DNA of 63,899 bases, filler included, from Folioceros fuciformis (lineage: Eukaryota): the NCBI GenBank assembly GCA_049999805.1. It is 5 parts of 5 records of this genome, joined end to end, with 100 filler letters (N's around TTAATTAATTAA, not from the genome) between each part and the next. Parts side by side here need not be neighbours in the genome. Positions count along the whole stretch, not along the records: positions 32,093 to 46,728 come from JBNGIO010004575.1; positions 46,829 to 54,480 come from JBNGIO010004577.1; 3 more parts are not named here. One strand, written 5' to 3'. Positions 35,801 through 46,968 of the stretch are shown here, piece after piece. Both the position numbers and the translations under genes were made by a program. The number at the start of each line of letters is the position of its first letter. The stretch's first letter is position 1. The notes under the pieces were generated by a model, which saw only the letters and a list, made by a program, of their open reading frames with translations, ran no database searches and was not told where the DNA came from.

Positions 35801-37693
35801 TTTAGGAATAGCCATAGATACATCACCATTGGCGAGGGTCGTTGACACCGACCCTTCGACACGCATTTCAGTCGGCAGCACTGCTGTAAAAGTCATGTCA
35901 GCATCCTGCTTGCTCTTCCTTTTGAGCACTGACGTAATATTTGCGTCTGCCGTCAAAAGCTCAGACAGTTTAGGGATGGCCATCGATATATCGCCACTGG
36001 CGAACCTTGCGGACTCCGATTCCTCACCACGGATTTTCGTGGGCAGTACTGCTGTAAAAGTCATGTCCGCATCTTGTTTGCTCATTCTTCTGAGCACTGA
36101 CATAGTAGTCTCGTCTGCAGTCAGAAGATCCGAGAGCTTGGGCATTGCCATCGATATATCCTCTCTGGACGACAGAACGTCTGGACAGTCGTCAGCCTTA
36201 ATGGACTCCATTCCGCTGATAGCATCAGCCCCTGAATGAAGTGATGACCCAAACCGTGCTGTGGACAAGTTCCCTTTGTGCTTATTTCCCTTCCTAGACT
36301 TCCATCAAACAATTTTTTCGGATCAGCAGACTCTTGCTCGGTCCGTTACAAAAAACAAAACACTAGCACCAATCGTACACCACAAGTCAAACATTGCGGT
36401 TGTTCCTCAATTCTGCCCACTCCTGTTTGACAACATCCACCTGCCTCATTTCAGGCGAGGCACTGGTTCAAAGATTACCTCGTTGCCATGGATGAGTCCG
36501 GAGTAGTGAACCCTGCGGGAGGCAAATTCTCCTTGTCCGATTTCGCTGGAGATTTTCTGGTGCGTTGTTGCTTGGGCCGACTGTCAACAGCCCTCCTTGC
36601 ACCCTTGTTCGGACCACTCAGCGCGTCCTTCTCGAAACTGGTGGCAACTTTCCGCTTGCCCGCCGAAGAAGACCTCTTATCTACGCTGCCATCGTGCTCA
36701 GACACCGCCACCTGATGAGGAGTCTCCGTGCCCGAATCCACGTCCATATCAATGGAGTCCCCACGCTTTATCTCCTCATCATATGCAGGTGAAGCAACCA
36801 CCTCCACCTCGACAAAACCCGGAGTGACCCCCCTTTCCTCCTCCGAGGTTGCCTGTATGAGCTGCCTCATGGCAGCGTCCGAGCTCAGGCTCATGTCACT
36901 GGTACAATCCTCCGCCTCAGGAATAGCAAACTGTGACCGCTGGATGGGCCACTTGCTAGGAATCTCCGTGAAGCTCATCTCCAGCACATTGTGCTCATGC
37001 TCACTCCCAAAAGCGTGTTGATCCCAAGCCGTACAGGTGGTTCCAGTGGCGTCAGCCTTCAGCAGCTCTGCGAACCTGGGAACATCCTCAGTCACGTCGT
37101 CGGCATCACCTTCGAAAATGCGACAATCCTTATCCCCGCTCCTCAAATGCCTCAAGTCCACAGGCCCCGTATTCTCTAAGTCCATGTCCGCACTGCGCAA
37201 ATAACATCATCAATATCAACATCACCCCACAATCCCCACCAAGCCCTTCCCTGCGCCACTGAAGCCGAACGAAACCACCTAACCTGTGCGAATCGGGACT
37301 CCCTTTGCCCGCACTCCAGACTCCAGGGGAAGCCTCAGGACTGGCCCAAATCTGCGCCGTTGCAGTGGCACCGTCGAATCTCGGCGCCAAGGTCGCCCTG
37401 GCTTCATCCAAGCTGCTCTTACGCTTGAGCTTAACGGCCAGGCGAGGCGACCTGCGCACACTGGTGGACACATTTTCTGTCTGCGCTTCCGGCGGGGTCT
37501 CGTAGTCATCGTCCCGGGCGAAGACGTGGACCTTGGTGATGCCCGCAAAGCTCACCCGACGCCCAGCCGAGCCCCTCCGCTTCCTCCTCTCCACGGGCAC
37601 GGATCCTCCAACACTCAGGCACTCCATGAACGTCGTCGTGTCATCCACGTCCCTGGGCTGGAACAAAGGGGTCTGCCCCGTTGCGTCCGCCAT
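32846..37693 (-). CDS. KNL1: Kinetochore scaffold KNL1/Spc7, multi-exon
   Basis: N-terminal PP1-docking RRVSF followed by VHVF.RDDDYETPP as in plant KNL1; acidic disordered middle with DM[S/T][L/F][S/T]-type motifs; coiled-coil exons; RWD-like terminal exons ending RIRRIC...GNR*. Confidence 0.85.
35770..36165 (-). repeat. Coding tandem repeat in KNL1, 168-bp (56-aa) unit, about 2.3 copies
   Basis: ctgctgtaaaagtcatgtc at 35881 and 36049; D[I/V]SMA.PKLS.LL.AD occurs three times. Confidence 0.9.
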
Positions 37694-38656
37694 GCCGTCC
37701 AAGCCGCCGAGCTCTCAGCCTCGGCAATGCACCACACTGCGCCGCCCAGCAGCCCGTCGCAAAGCCGCGGCCACGAGTTCAAATCCCAAGCGCGCGAACG
37801 GAGACTCATCCTCGAGAAGTTCAAACACTGCCAAACTCCGATTAACAGAAGATTAATGGAACATGGCCTTACGCTCCAAAATTCGACGACAAATGCCGGA
37901 AAGTATGTACAATGTACCATCCTATGTGTGTATTCACATACCTACGTCCGTTGACCCGCGGCCCCGCATGGCATTAGTCATCCGGACTACAGGAAATTAA
38001 AACAAAAAGGTGTGGCGCCCGCGCACCTAGGGAAGCGTCTTATTAGTAATGGCACAAGTAAAATAGAATAAAAGTTAAAAGTATAAATCTGAAAATTAAA
38101 TCTACAACTGTGTTGCTGCAGAAGCAAGTATGCTTTTTCATGCCTTTGGAAACAAGATGTGTGTTCTATGCAAACTTTCTAGGCAATTTTTTTTAAGAAG
38201 GATGGAATTGTAATAACCACTATTAAGATGAGTAATATATATTATTCTCAGCTTTAACAATAGTTGAGTTGTGGAGTACAAATAGACCAATACTAAGGTC
38301 TTGAGAACTATAGAGAAAGGTAGATACTAAGGTCTTGAGAACTATAGAGAAAGGTAGACAGTGAGAAGTCTAACCTTAAGATATAGCTTTGGAGGATTTC
38401 AATATAGAATATAGGATAGGGACTATAGAATCCTTTTTTCAGTTGGAATACGTATTTTATATGGGAATATTCTGTAGCATCTAAGGAATGTTCCTCTACT
38501 CTACCTTACCACCTCATCCAACCCTACCTATACACCATATAGCAAATTTTTTTCTCTACCTCCAACCTCTTTGTGGACAGAAAGGAACACAGCGTTTTTC
38601 TTCATTTCGGTTCATATAGAGTGTCTTTTATACCGTGGTCAGGTCTACAGGCAGCT

Positions 38657-38785
38657 GCGCAAGTGCGCCACCATTCCCCTTATACAACACAATGGCGAGG
38701 CATTCCCCTCATGCAAGTGCGCCACCATTCCCCTTATACAACACAATGGCGAGGCATTCCCCTCATACAGCACAATGGCGAGGCT
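38657..38785. repeat. Short tandem repeats (gcaagtgcgccaccattccccttatacaacacaatggcgaggcattcccctcat)
   Basis: Two near-identical copies plus a partial third, read directly. Confidence 0.85.
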
Positions 38786-38926
38786 GTAAGGTCAACATCA
38801 CCTACAGCCTTGGGTTTAACACCTTCACGTTGGCCCCCGCCCCTCCCGCTACAGTCTCTGCCATCCTTTGCTTCACAGTTTCGCAGTCCCCTTCACATCG
38901 CCGCCTTCTCCCTTTTTGTAGACCTC

Positions 38927-39919
38927 GGGTGCCCACTCCCCTGCTCACTTGGCCTGCACCAAACAGGCCCGTTCCCCTGCTCACTTGGCCTNNNNNNNNN
39001 NTCACTTGGCCTGCACCAAACAGGCCCGTTCCCCTGCTCACTTGGCCTACACCAGCCAGGCCCACGCACCTGCTCCCTTGGCCTGCCGCAAAGTCGCCTG
39101 CTCACCGGCTCCTTACCCCGCACCCTCCCAAGCACTCACACCTAGCCACACTGCACGCCACCCTAACTAACTAAAAAAAAGAAATGAGTGTGAGAGTGGA
39201 GGAGATGGACTGGGACGTGAGGGATAAAACAACGATCGGGACACCTACTTTGTGCCCTTTGACCGAAGCAAGCACAAACGGTCCAAACTTTTTGGACACG
39301 TTATGTCCAAACTTTTTGCACCGTATACCGCCCCACTGAAATTTATGTGAAAGAACCCTTGTTCGTATCAATATTCCATACTCCAAGAGCAAGAGAGAGG
39401 TAGACAATGAAAAATCTAGCCTTAAGACATAGTTGTGGAAGGGTTGAAGAGAGAGGTAGACAATGAAAAATCTAGCCTTAAGACATAGTTGTAGAAGGGT
39501 TGAAGAGAGAGGTAGACAATGAAAAATTAGCCTTAAGACATAGTTGTGGAAGGGTTGAAGAGAGAGGTAGACGATGAAAAATCTAGCCTTAAGACATAGT
39601 TGTGGAAGGGTTGAAGAGTAAGCTTATTGAATCTAAAGCTTGTCAGATTGAGTCTAAGAGTCTAAGGTAGTAAGAAGCATAGATCTTCACTCTTTTATAA
39701 GTATCTTAATAAAGAGCAACACTTAGAGAGGTGGTCAATATGGAATACCGATACGGACAGGGGTTCTTTCATAGATATTTAAAGGCGGCGGTATACGGTG
39801 TAAAGGAAGGGATATAAGGTTTGTGCCCGTTTCGGTCATAGGGCACAAAGTAGGTGTCCCGATCACTTTGTTCCCTATGACCGAAAGGTGTAGGCCAAGT
39901 GAGCAGGGAAGTGGCACCC
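38927..39919. mobile_element. Non-autonomous foldback/TIR-type element with long imperfect inverted repeats around a tandem array
   Basis: 39234-39380 is the imperfect reverse complement of 39739-39864; 38927-38960 pairs with 39887-39919; no coding ORF. Confidence 0.6.
39391..39618. repeat. Minisatellite, 56-bp unit x4
   Basis: aagagagaggtagacaatgaaaaatctagccttaagacatagttgtggaagggttg starts at 39391, 39447, 39503 and 39558. Confidence 0.95.
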
Positions 39920-40732
39920 TCCTAGAAGATACTTCAGCCCGACCTTACACACGGTCATGGCGGCCGCGAACATATCCCCGCAGGGGTCATCCCCTCTGGC
40001 ACCCAGCAGCCCGCAGCACACCTCGAGCCCCGCCAGGCCCCGATCGTGTTGGCCACGCTCCCACCCACGAGCGTGCATACCATCTACTCTCCCTGGCCCC
40101 TCACGCCCTCCAAGATGCGCTCTAGCTCCTCCCAGCCCATACACAGACTGCCCCATGCTCCCCGGGCACCGCCTCTAGAACTGGCATGCCCACTCGCGTC
40201 ACATGGTCGATTAGCGCCACCGTCTCTAAGCCCACCACTTCCGCCCCGCCCNNNNNNNNNNNNNNNNNNNNNNNNNNNNNNNNNNNNNNNNNNNNNNNNN
40301 NNNNNNNNNNNNNNNNNNNNNNNNNNNNNNNNNNNNNNNNNNNNNNNNNNNGCCCAGGCTCGTAACAGGCCGCCCCATTCCGAGATGTGCTAGAAACTTA
40401 AGAAAATCGCTGTCTCTTTCGGGACACAAAGTGGTTAAAGATATTAAAAAAAAATTGTATACTATGTTTACGTAGGGTTGGATATGGGAAGGTATATTAA
40501 AGGAATATTCTTGAGATGCCACAGAATATTTACATATAAAATATATATTAAAAAAAACATGACTATGTAATCCCTGTCCGCGTGGGTATTCCATAGGGAA
40601 ATGTGCGTCGGTATTCCATAGGTCAATGTGCTGTCTTGGAGCCTAGTGAGTCGTGTGAGATTGAATGATTTCTAAGTAGAGCGCTGCAAGTGCATAGACC
40701 AGATTAAGAACAGCATAAAAGGGGGCGTTACT

Positions 40733-43700
40733 TTACTTCCCCATATGTGCCAGAATTCGGTTAACGAGGATCTCTTTCTTGCCTGAGACAGCCAGGTCGT
40801 GTGCCAGAAGGTATGGGCGCAGTTGCTGAATGGTAAGATCCTTGAGCTGCAGCGACGAGGAGCATTAGCACATCAGGGAGTGTCGTGTTTCGCAAGCTTC
40901 TCGTGCAAGTGCAGAATTCACTGGCTGTAATAGAATTCCGGTACCTTGCCGCTATCTACGAGCTCCTCCCAGTTGACGCCATCAGCAGCTGTTACCGCAG
41001 CTTCCACAGCTGCTTTGCGCTTTTTTGAAGCCAAGCTGCCTTCTGCTAGCGCCTCTGCTTTTGCGGCTTCTTCTTCGTCATGATTCACTCCGTAGACATC
41101 GTCTTTAAACGCTCGGGCAGCGTTTACCACGGAGGCTCTAAACAGGAGCCGACAATATTATGACGAAAACCAATTTCCTGAATCCAGAACCCGGTGACAG
41201 CCATCGAATACCTTGCGAGACCCCTGGCATCCGGAAGCGTTGTGTCTTCCACTTCAGGTACATCTGGCTCATCGAGAGCGATAGCTTGTAGGGCTGCATA
41301 ATGCCTCTGTAGCGCTGCCCCACCAGAGAGCTATCAGCAAATGCACACCGGAAGCAAAGCGGACATGGCGTATCAAGAGAAAGGAGGGGGATACGAACCT
41401 GGGTTACGAAGGTCTAGGAGACTAAAGTCCGTCAGTTTCAGTTTTTGCACTAAAGCTTCCGCTAATCTCACTTGATCTGGTGTGGCTCGGTGAGGGGACC
41501 CTGGGCTGCATCTATGAAGCTGGACAGACCATGGCCAGCTCTGTTAACAGCATGGAAACCCTTCAAGAGTGCAAAGGAAACAAGCATTCCCATGATCAGC
41601 ATTGAATGCCCAAAGGTGCTGCTGGGCACGCAAATCTGGGAGAGCTTGCCTTCTCCGCTGGCCGAATATCATCAGAGTATGGCAAATAGATCATGTGCAG
41701 CCCTGGTGGTTGTGTTTGCACATTATCTTCGACGATTTCTTTCTGAACCCAACGCATGGTTTGTTTGCAATTTAAAAAGCTGACAGTAACAGCATATATG
41801 TCGGATGCCCAATGAACACCTCAGTTCAATAAAAGTAACGCAGAGCAAGCAGAGCATTTCTAGTATGAAAGGATGCACGAAAGAACCGCACAAGACCTGT
41901 GGCACCAAGGCGACCAATCGTGGAAATGACATCCGCCCGTAGAAAGCAACGGCGTACCTGCACAGCAAAAAGTTCACTCTAGCGACGTCTATGAACGGAT
42001 ATACTAAAGCGAACATGGAGCAGAAACTGGCATCAGATCTTACTTCCGGTGTTTTAACATCGCTCGATGTAGAGCAATAAACGCTGCTGTACTACCACTC
42101 ACACCCTAGATGCACATTAGGTTAGTTCAGTGAGCATTGACATCGCCTGAGCGTATCCACTGCTCACTAGTAAGCCTCTTCCAACCTGTTCATCTGGGTA
42201 GACAAATGTCGATGGTTGCAGGTTATAGTAATCCTTCAAAGTTTCGAGCGACTTGAACCCCAGAAGCTGAAGCTGCACCCCTGATTTCTTTATTTGATAC
42301 ATCTCATCAGGTGCGATTATGACCTTTCGACTGCATTCACAATGAACACTTTGTCACATCCACAAACTGGAAGAAACTAGATTATTATGTCTTTCATTCA
42401 CCACCAATCACCTTCCGATTAGTTGCACTCGTTTTGTCACAGCATCATTCATAAGGGCCCCAGTGTCCGCACAAATGAAGGACCTCTCTGACTGCAAAGC
42501 GTTCAAGGTACAAGGATTGCGAAGTTAGAACTTGCGTGAGGCAGAACCATAGATAAACGAGATAATTCAGGAACTAAGATACCACGGAAAGGTCTGATTA
42601 CAAGAAGTTACCTTCATTTCCGTATTTGTATGTGCCTCCACCCAAGTAGTGGCCCCTGACAACAACAATCATCAGCTCCTGATTGAACACCAACCCATTT
42701 GCTCAATGTAGCCAATGCAGCTTACCAGGGACAGATGACCTTAACATAACAAAACATTGCAGGCCGATTTCAGTGCCGGGAGTGATTGTTAACGTCAATC
42801 GCCTGGCGACGCGCTTTTTCATCACCTTTCTTCGCATGTCATCGAAAAGATCCTTCAAGCTGCCCAAAGACATTTCAGGGTACACAGAGACAGTCAAACA
42901 AGAGAAACATGTGTGCTTTTAAGACGACAGCAGGGTACCATCCCAGCGAGAAACTTATGCAAATACCTCCGTGCCTCGGTTATTGTGAACCTGCTCTCAT
43001 CTCCGTCAACTTGAGCTTGCACCATGTGCTGCAAGACAACAGTCTCGAGGTTACCAACTGATAGGAAATAATCCAACATACGAGCCTTGAGTACATCATG
43101 TCCTTGTCCGAACCACAACGTTACAACCCATGACAGAAACCACATACAGTATAGAAAATATTCGTATTAAATTCCTCTCCCGGCCTGTTTAAAGCATGTA
43201 CTTCAATGGTGATTCCCAAATCTTGGGCATCCTACACAAGAACGCAAGCACCATCAGAGCCCCGCACGGGAATTTGATCCCAGCGGCAAAGGAAAAGCAT
43301 AAATTCACCTTGGCACGTTGAATGGTGGTCCTTCTCATGTCAGCTTGCGCTGCAGCAGGAGCGTCTCCAAAAGGATCATCATTGTTGGTAAAGAGATGTA
43401 TGATCTTGCTAATATTCTTTGTGGAGCTGATGCATTGGAAAAGAGTGGTAAGGGAGACTGATTCAAACCAGAACCTTTGCATGGAGCCCTTGACAAGATC
43501 AATACCGTCCTACCAAAGAGGTGCATGTGATAACAGTCACAAGCATTACCTACGAAGCAATGCTTGTGACACCCAGAGAGAATTGTACAAGGGGTTCTCA
43601 ATAGCGTGGGAACCAAGTTGTTTCTGGCTACCAATCTGACTGTCAAAGATTTCTGTACAATTGAGGGCAAAACAGTCCAAGCACGAAGACAATTTAAGTG

Positions 43701-44613
43701 ACATGATTAGAAAGCAACAATCGGTATAGTGAGCACACTTAGTCTCATATGGATCAGAGAGATAGAAGTTAAAATCTTTAGTCCGCAACCTTTCAGCCCA
43801 ACTACGTTTCACAGGCTTCCGAAAGAAATAAGTCCATGCGTTAAGCCAGTTACCTTTCAGCCCAGCCACATCTTTGATATACACCGCTGATAGCCTTTCA
43901 GGATCTTTGAAAACATAGACGGCTTCTGATTCTTGGGGATTCCTTTTCCTTTTCTGGAGAGGACATAAATAAGGGTAACTTGACTTCGGCAGTGGAGATA
44001 AAACATCCAAAGGCAAGACATCATCCAATCAACCAGAAAACTGTCGCTCAATGTTGCAGACAGAGAGAGTTGGGGCTCCAGGAAGATGTTTGAAGATAGA
44101 AACCAACCGTGTTGTAAAAGCAGATGCCCACTCTGTCTGAGTCTCTCGAGATAATTCGACTCTTCAAGTTTGCAATGACACAATGAATCACTGCATCTAG
44201 GTAAGACTGCTCACCTCCCTGACAGACATAGTGCGTGGTCAGTAGCCCAGAAAACAGACGTTGCGTAAACAGCCACAGGAGGTTGTTCTGGAGCTCTATG
44301 TTATTCCTGAAAACCAGAACAGTACCCACCGCATCTTCAAATGTCAGCTGCATGTCTGGCCCAGCATCAATGAGAAAAATTACAAATTCCGTGTTGCCGA
44401 CATCCTAGAGCAGCGAAAATCCAAGGAAACGGATTCAGACATCTCGTTGTGAAGCCTTGTTCCGATAAATCGAATCTGGGCAACCACCCAGACTTCTCGA
44501 TTGGGAACTGCATTGCAAATAAAGGTATAGACGACCACCGCGGCAAGCTCTCTCTCCTGCTCTTCTTCCTCGTCAGCAAACAAGGACTCCTGGAATGCTG
44601 TATCTAGTTCCAT
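40733..44613 (-). CDS. KU70: Ku70 (ATP-dependent DNA helicase 2 subunit), multi-exon
   Basis: vWA-type SRIISRDSDRVGICFYNT, LYNSLWVSQALLR, LFTNNDDPFG; core LLGFK....LKDYYNL.PSTFVYPDE, PRLVALV; C-terminal SAP domain LKDLTIQQLRPYL...L.VSGKKE.LV.RI..HMGK*. Confidence 0.95.
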
Positions 44614-45689
44614 TGTTCCGGAGCTGGAAGTGTACAAAACCCCTGCGTGACCTTACACGAAATTGGAGGCACGGAGTCGCGTAAAAAAGAAAACTCCATA
44701 CAATCCATACGAGCTGCAAAATTGCCTCATGCACACAAGATTGAGACAGGATCAGCAGCAGAATGCCCACCTGATCCAAATATGAAGCAAGTCAACGAGC
44801 TTTGGAGTACAAAACACCAACTTCAGCTCGTCCAGCACACCTTGAGTGAGCACTATTTCTCAAGTCGGTAGGTTTGTGTAGTATTCGACTTCCCTTTCCC
44901 GCCCGTTTGTTAAGAATCGGACCAATCGAGCTTTCACAACAACAACTGCTACAGCTCTCATCCTCAGCCAATTGAATCCTTGGCTTTCATACAAAGAGTT
45001 CACTCGGCGTTCAGGTTGGAGTCCATTCATACTCTTCCATTCAACATCTCCAGTCAGTCTGGAGATGCTGGGCCTGGGTATCCTTACACCTCTTGGCTGT
45101 AAGTTCCGGGCCAACAATCCGTTACCTACACCGGTAACACCTTAGTGTACTCGACATACCCAGGAACAAAGGTGGATTTTCACTGCGAAGATGACACTCT
45201 GGTTGAGGAAGATGATTTTGTGGAGCTTCTGCAAACTGATGATACCAAGGATATGAATTCTCTGTGCCCATTTATGATGATGTAATGGCAGATTCTTCTT
45301 TCTTTTGCACTATCCTTGCGCTGCAGCCTGGAGGCGAGTTCATGCTACGGGGTGCTGCACACAGACTGCGCCAAGGAGGAGCGTGCCATTGGAACTGTGA
45401 GCAACCTAAAACCCTAGCCAGGACTCTCCGGACACCCATGTGATACGTGAATTTTGTGCACACAACATGGCAGTTTCCTTGGAAGTGAAGCTTCATTTTT
45501 GTGACCAACGTCCCGCGCTCAAGAACAGTCAAGGGCTACTCATTTTGAGTTAGGCCTTCGTCCGTTAAAGTTCATCGTATAGCGGGTATCGGACGGAGCT
45601 GTAGCGGAACGTGAGAAGGCTATATTTCTTGTTAACCTTAGGATTTAGTTAAGCTTCATCCTAATATTTCACGGTCCGCCTTTTTTCCT

Positions 45690-45895
45690 TTTCCCTACAT
45701 ATAAAGCCTTATTGTATATTTCTATTCCTTACATATAAAGCCCCGTGGGTCTTATTGCCCCATGGGTCTTATTGTATATTTCTATTCCCTACATACAAAG
45801 TCTCCTTGGGTCATATTGTACATTTCTATTCCCTGCATATAAGGCCTCATGGGTTTTATTGTATATTTCTATTCCTTTACATGTAAAGTCCTACG
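45690..45895. repeat. Degenerate tandem repeats (tattgtatatttctattcc.tacat..aag), probably transposon-derived
   Basis: Motif recurs near 45710, 45770, 45814 and 45857. Confidence 0.75.
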
Positions 45896-46968
45896 ATTTG
45901 TTTGTACAGTTTTATTCTTATTGTGCATTTTTGTTCTTCCGTGTATGTACTTGGTCCACATTTTTCTCTCCTCTTGTGTATACAACCCAATGGATCTTGT
46001 TCTACATTTCTGTTTTTATTTTGCACTTCCCCAAGCCGACTTCCTCCAAGGAAGAATCAAGAAAAGTAAAGAAGGCTTATTTTTAGAGGTAAGAAAGACT
46101 ACTTAGTGAAATATGAGGCTCCATAAGTGGTAGCCAAACCCCTAACAAGGGTTCCAAAAAAAAGCGTGCAGAAGATGTTTAGAAGCACACGAATCTCAAA
46201 GTGGACCACGAACCACAAGGGAAATCCTTGGGTTTCGTGTACAACAACCTTCGACTCCAGCATAAGCATTGCCGTTTTTAAAACACACGGGAAGACATAA
46301 AACCCTAAGAAAAGATATATGACGCGAAAGCCTCATGTACGGTTTTGAAGCCGAGCCGTGCCAGCAATGGGGTGGCTTAGGGACCGATATGATGATTGGC
46401 TTAGGTAGCGCGGCCGTAAGGGCACCTGTAGAGATATCCTTTGTGAGACTGCAATCCACAAACAAAGCATGGGACTAACCTTTACTTGGAAACAGATACG
46501 GGAAACATAGCATGTCACAAAAGCGAGGCTCGATATGGGATTCGCCCGCTTAGTAGCTTGCTCTAGGGCACCTAGTGAGCTTCTTGATGCAACACGAGAT
46601 GAGGGCAGAGAGCAAAGCCGACTCAATTTCGGGCCACCAAACCCTGCAACTAACTGGATTTTAGAACCAAGGAAGCGCGCGAACGTATGTTGTAAGCTCC
46701 CTCCCTTCTCTTGGTGCCTAGAGGACAGNNNNNNNNNNNNNNNNNNNNNNNNNNNNNNNNNNNNNNNNNNNNTTAATTAATTAANNNNNNNNNNNNNNNN
46801 NNNNNNNNNNNNNNNNNNNNNNNNNNNNTCATCACCCTTTCTTGTAAGTTCCAATAACTGAAGACATACTTGCATTTAGTGTAGAATTATGTTATTTTAT
46901 TTTTTCAGACATCTATATGAAACATCGATTGTTTTCTTCATGTCTTCAACAATTTTTTATTGACTCAG

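Noticed and set aside
39391-39618. CRISPR-like regular repeats
   Set aside because: Units are head-to-tail with no unique spacers, there are no cas genes, and the context is eukaryotic.
44860-45600. Possible retroelement integrase fragment (HMGVRRVLARV)
   Set aside because: Single weak motif with no supporting CxxC or DDE core.
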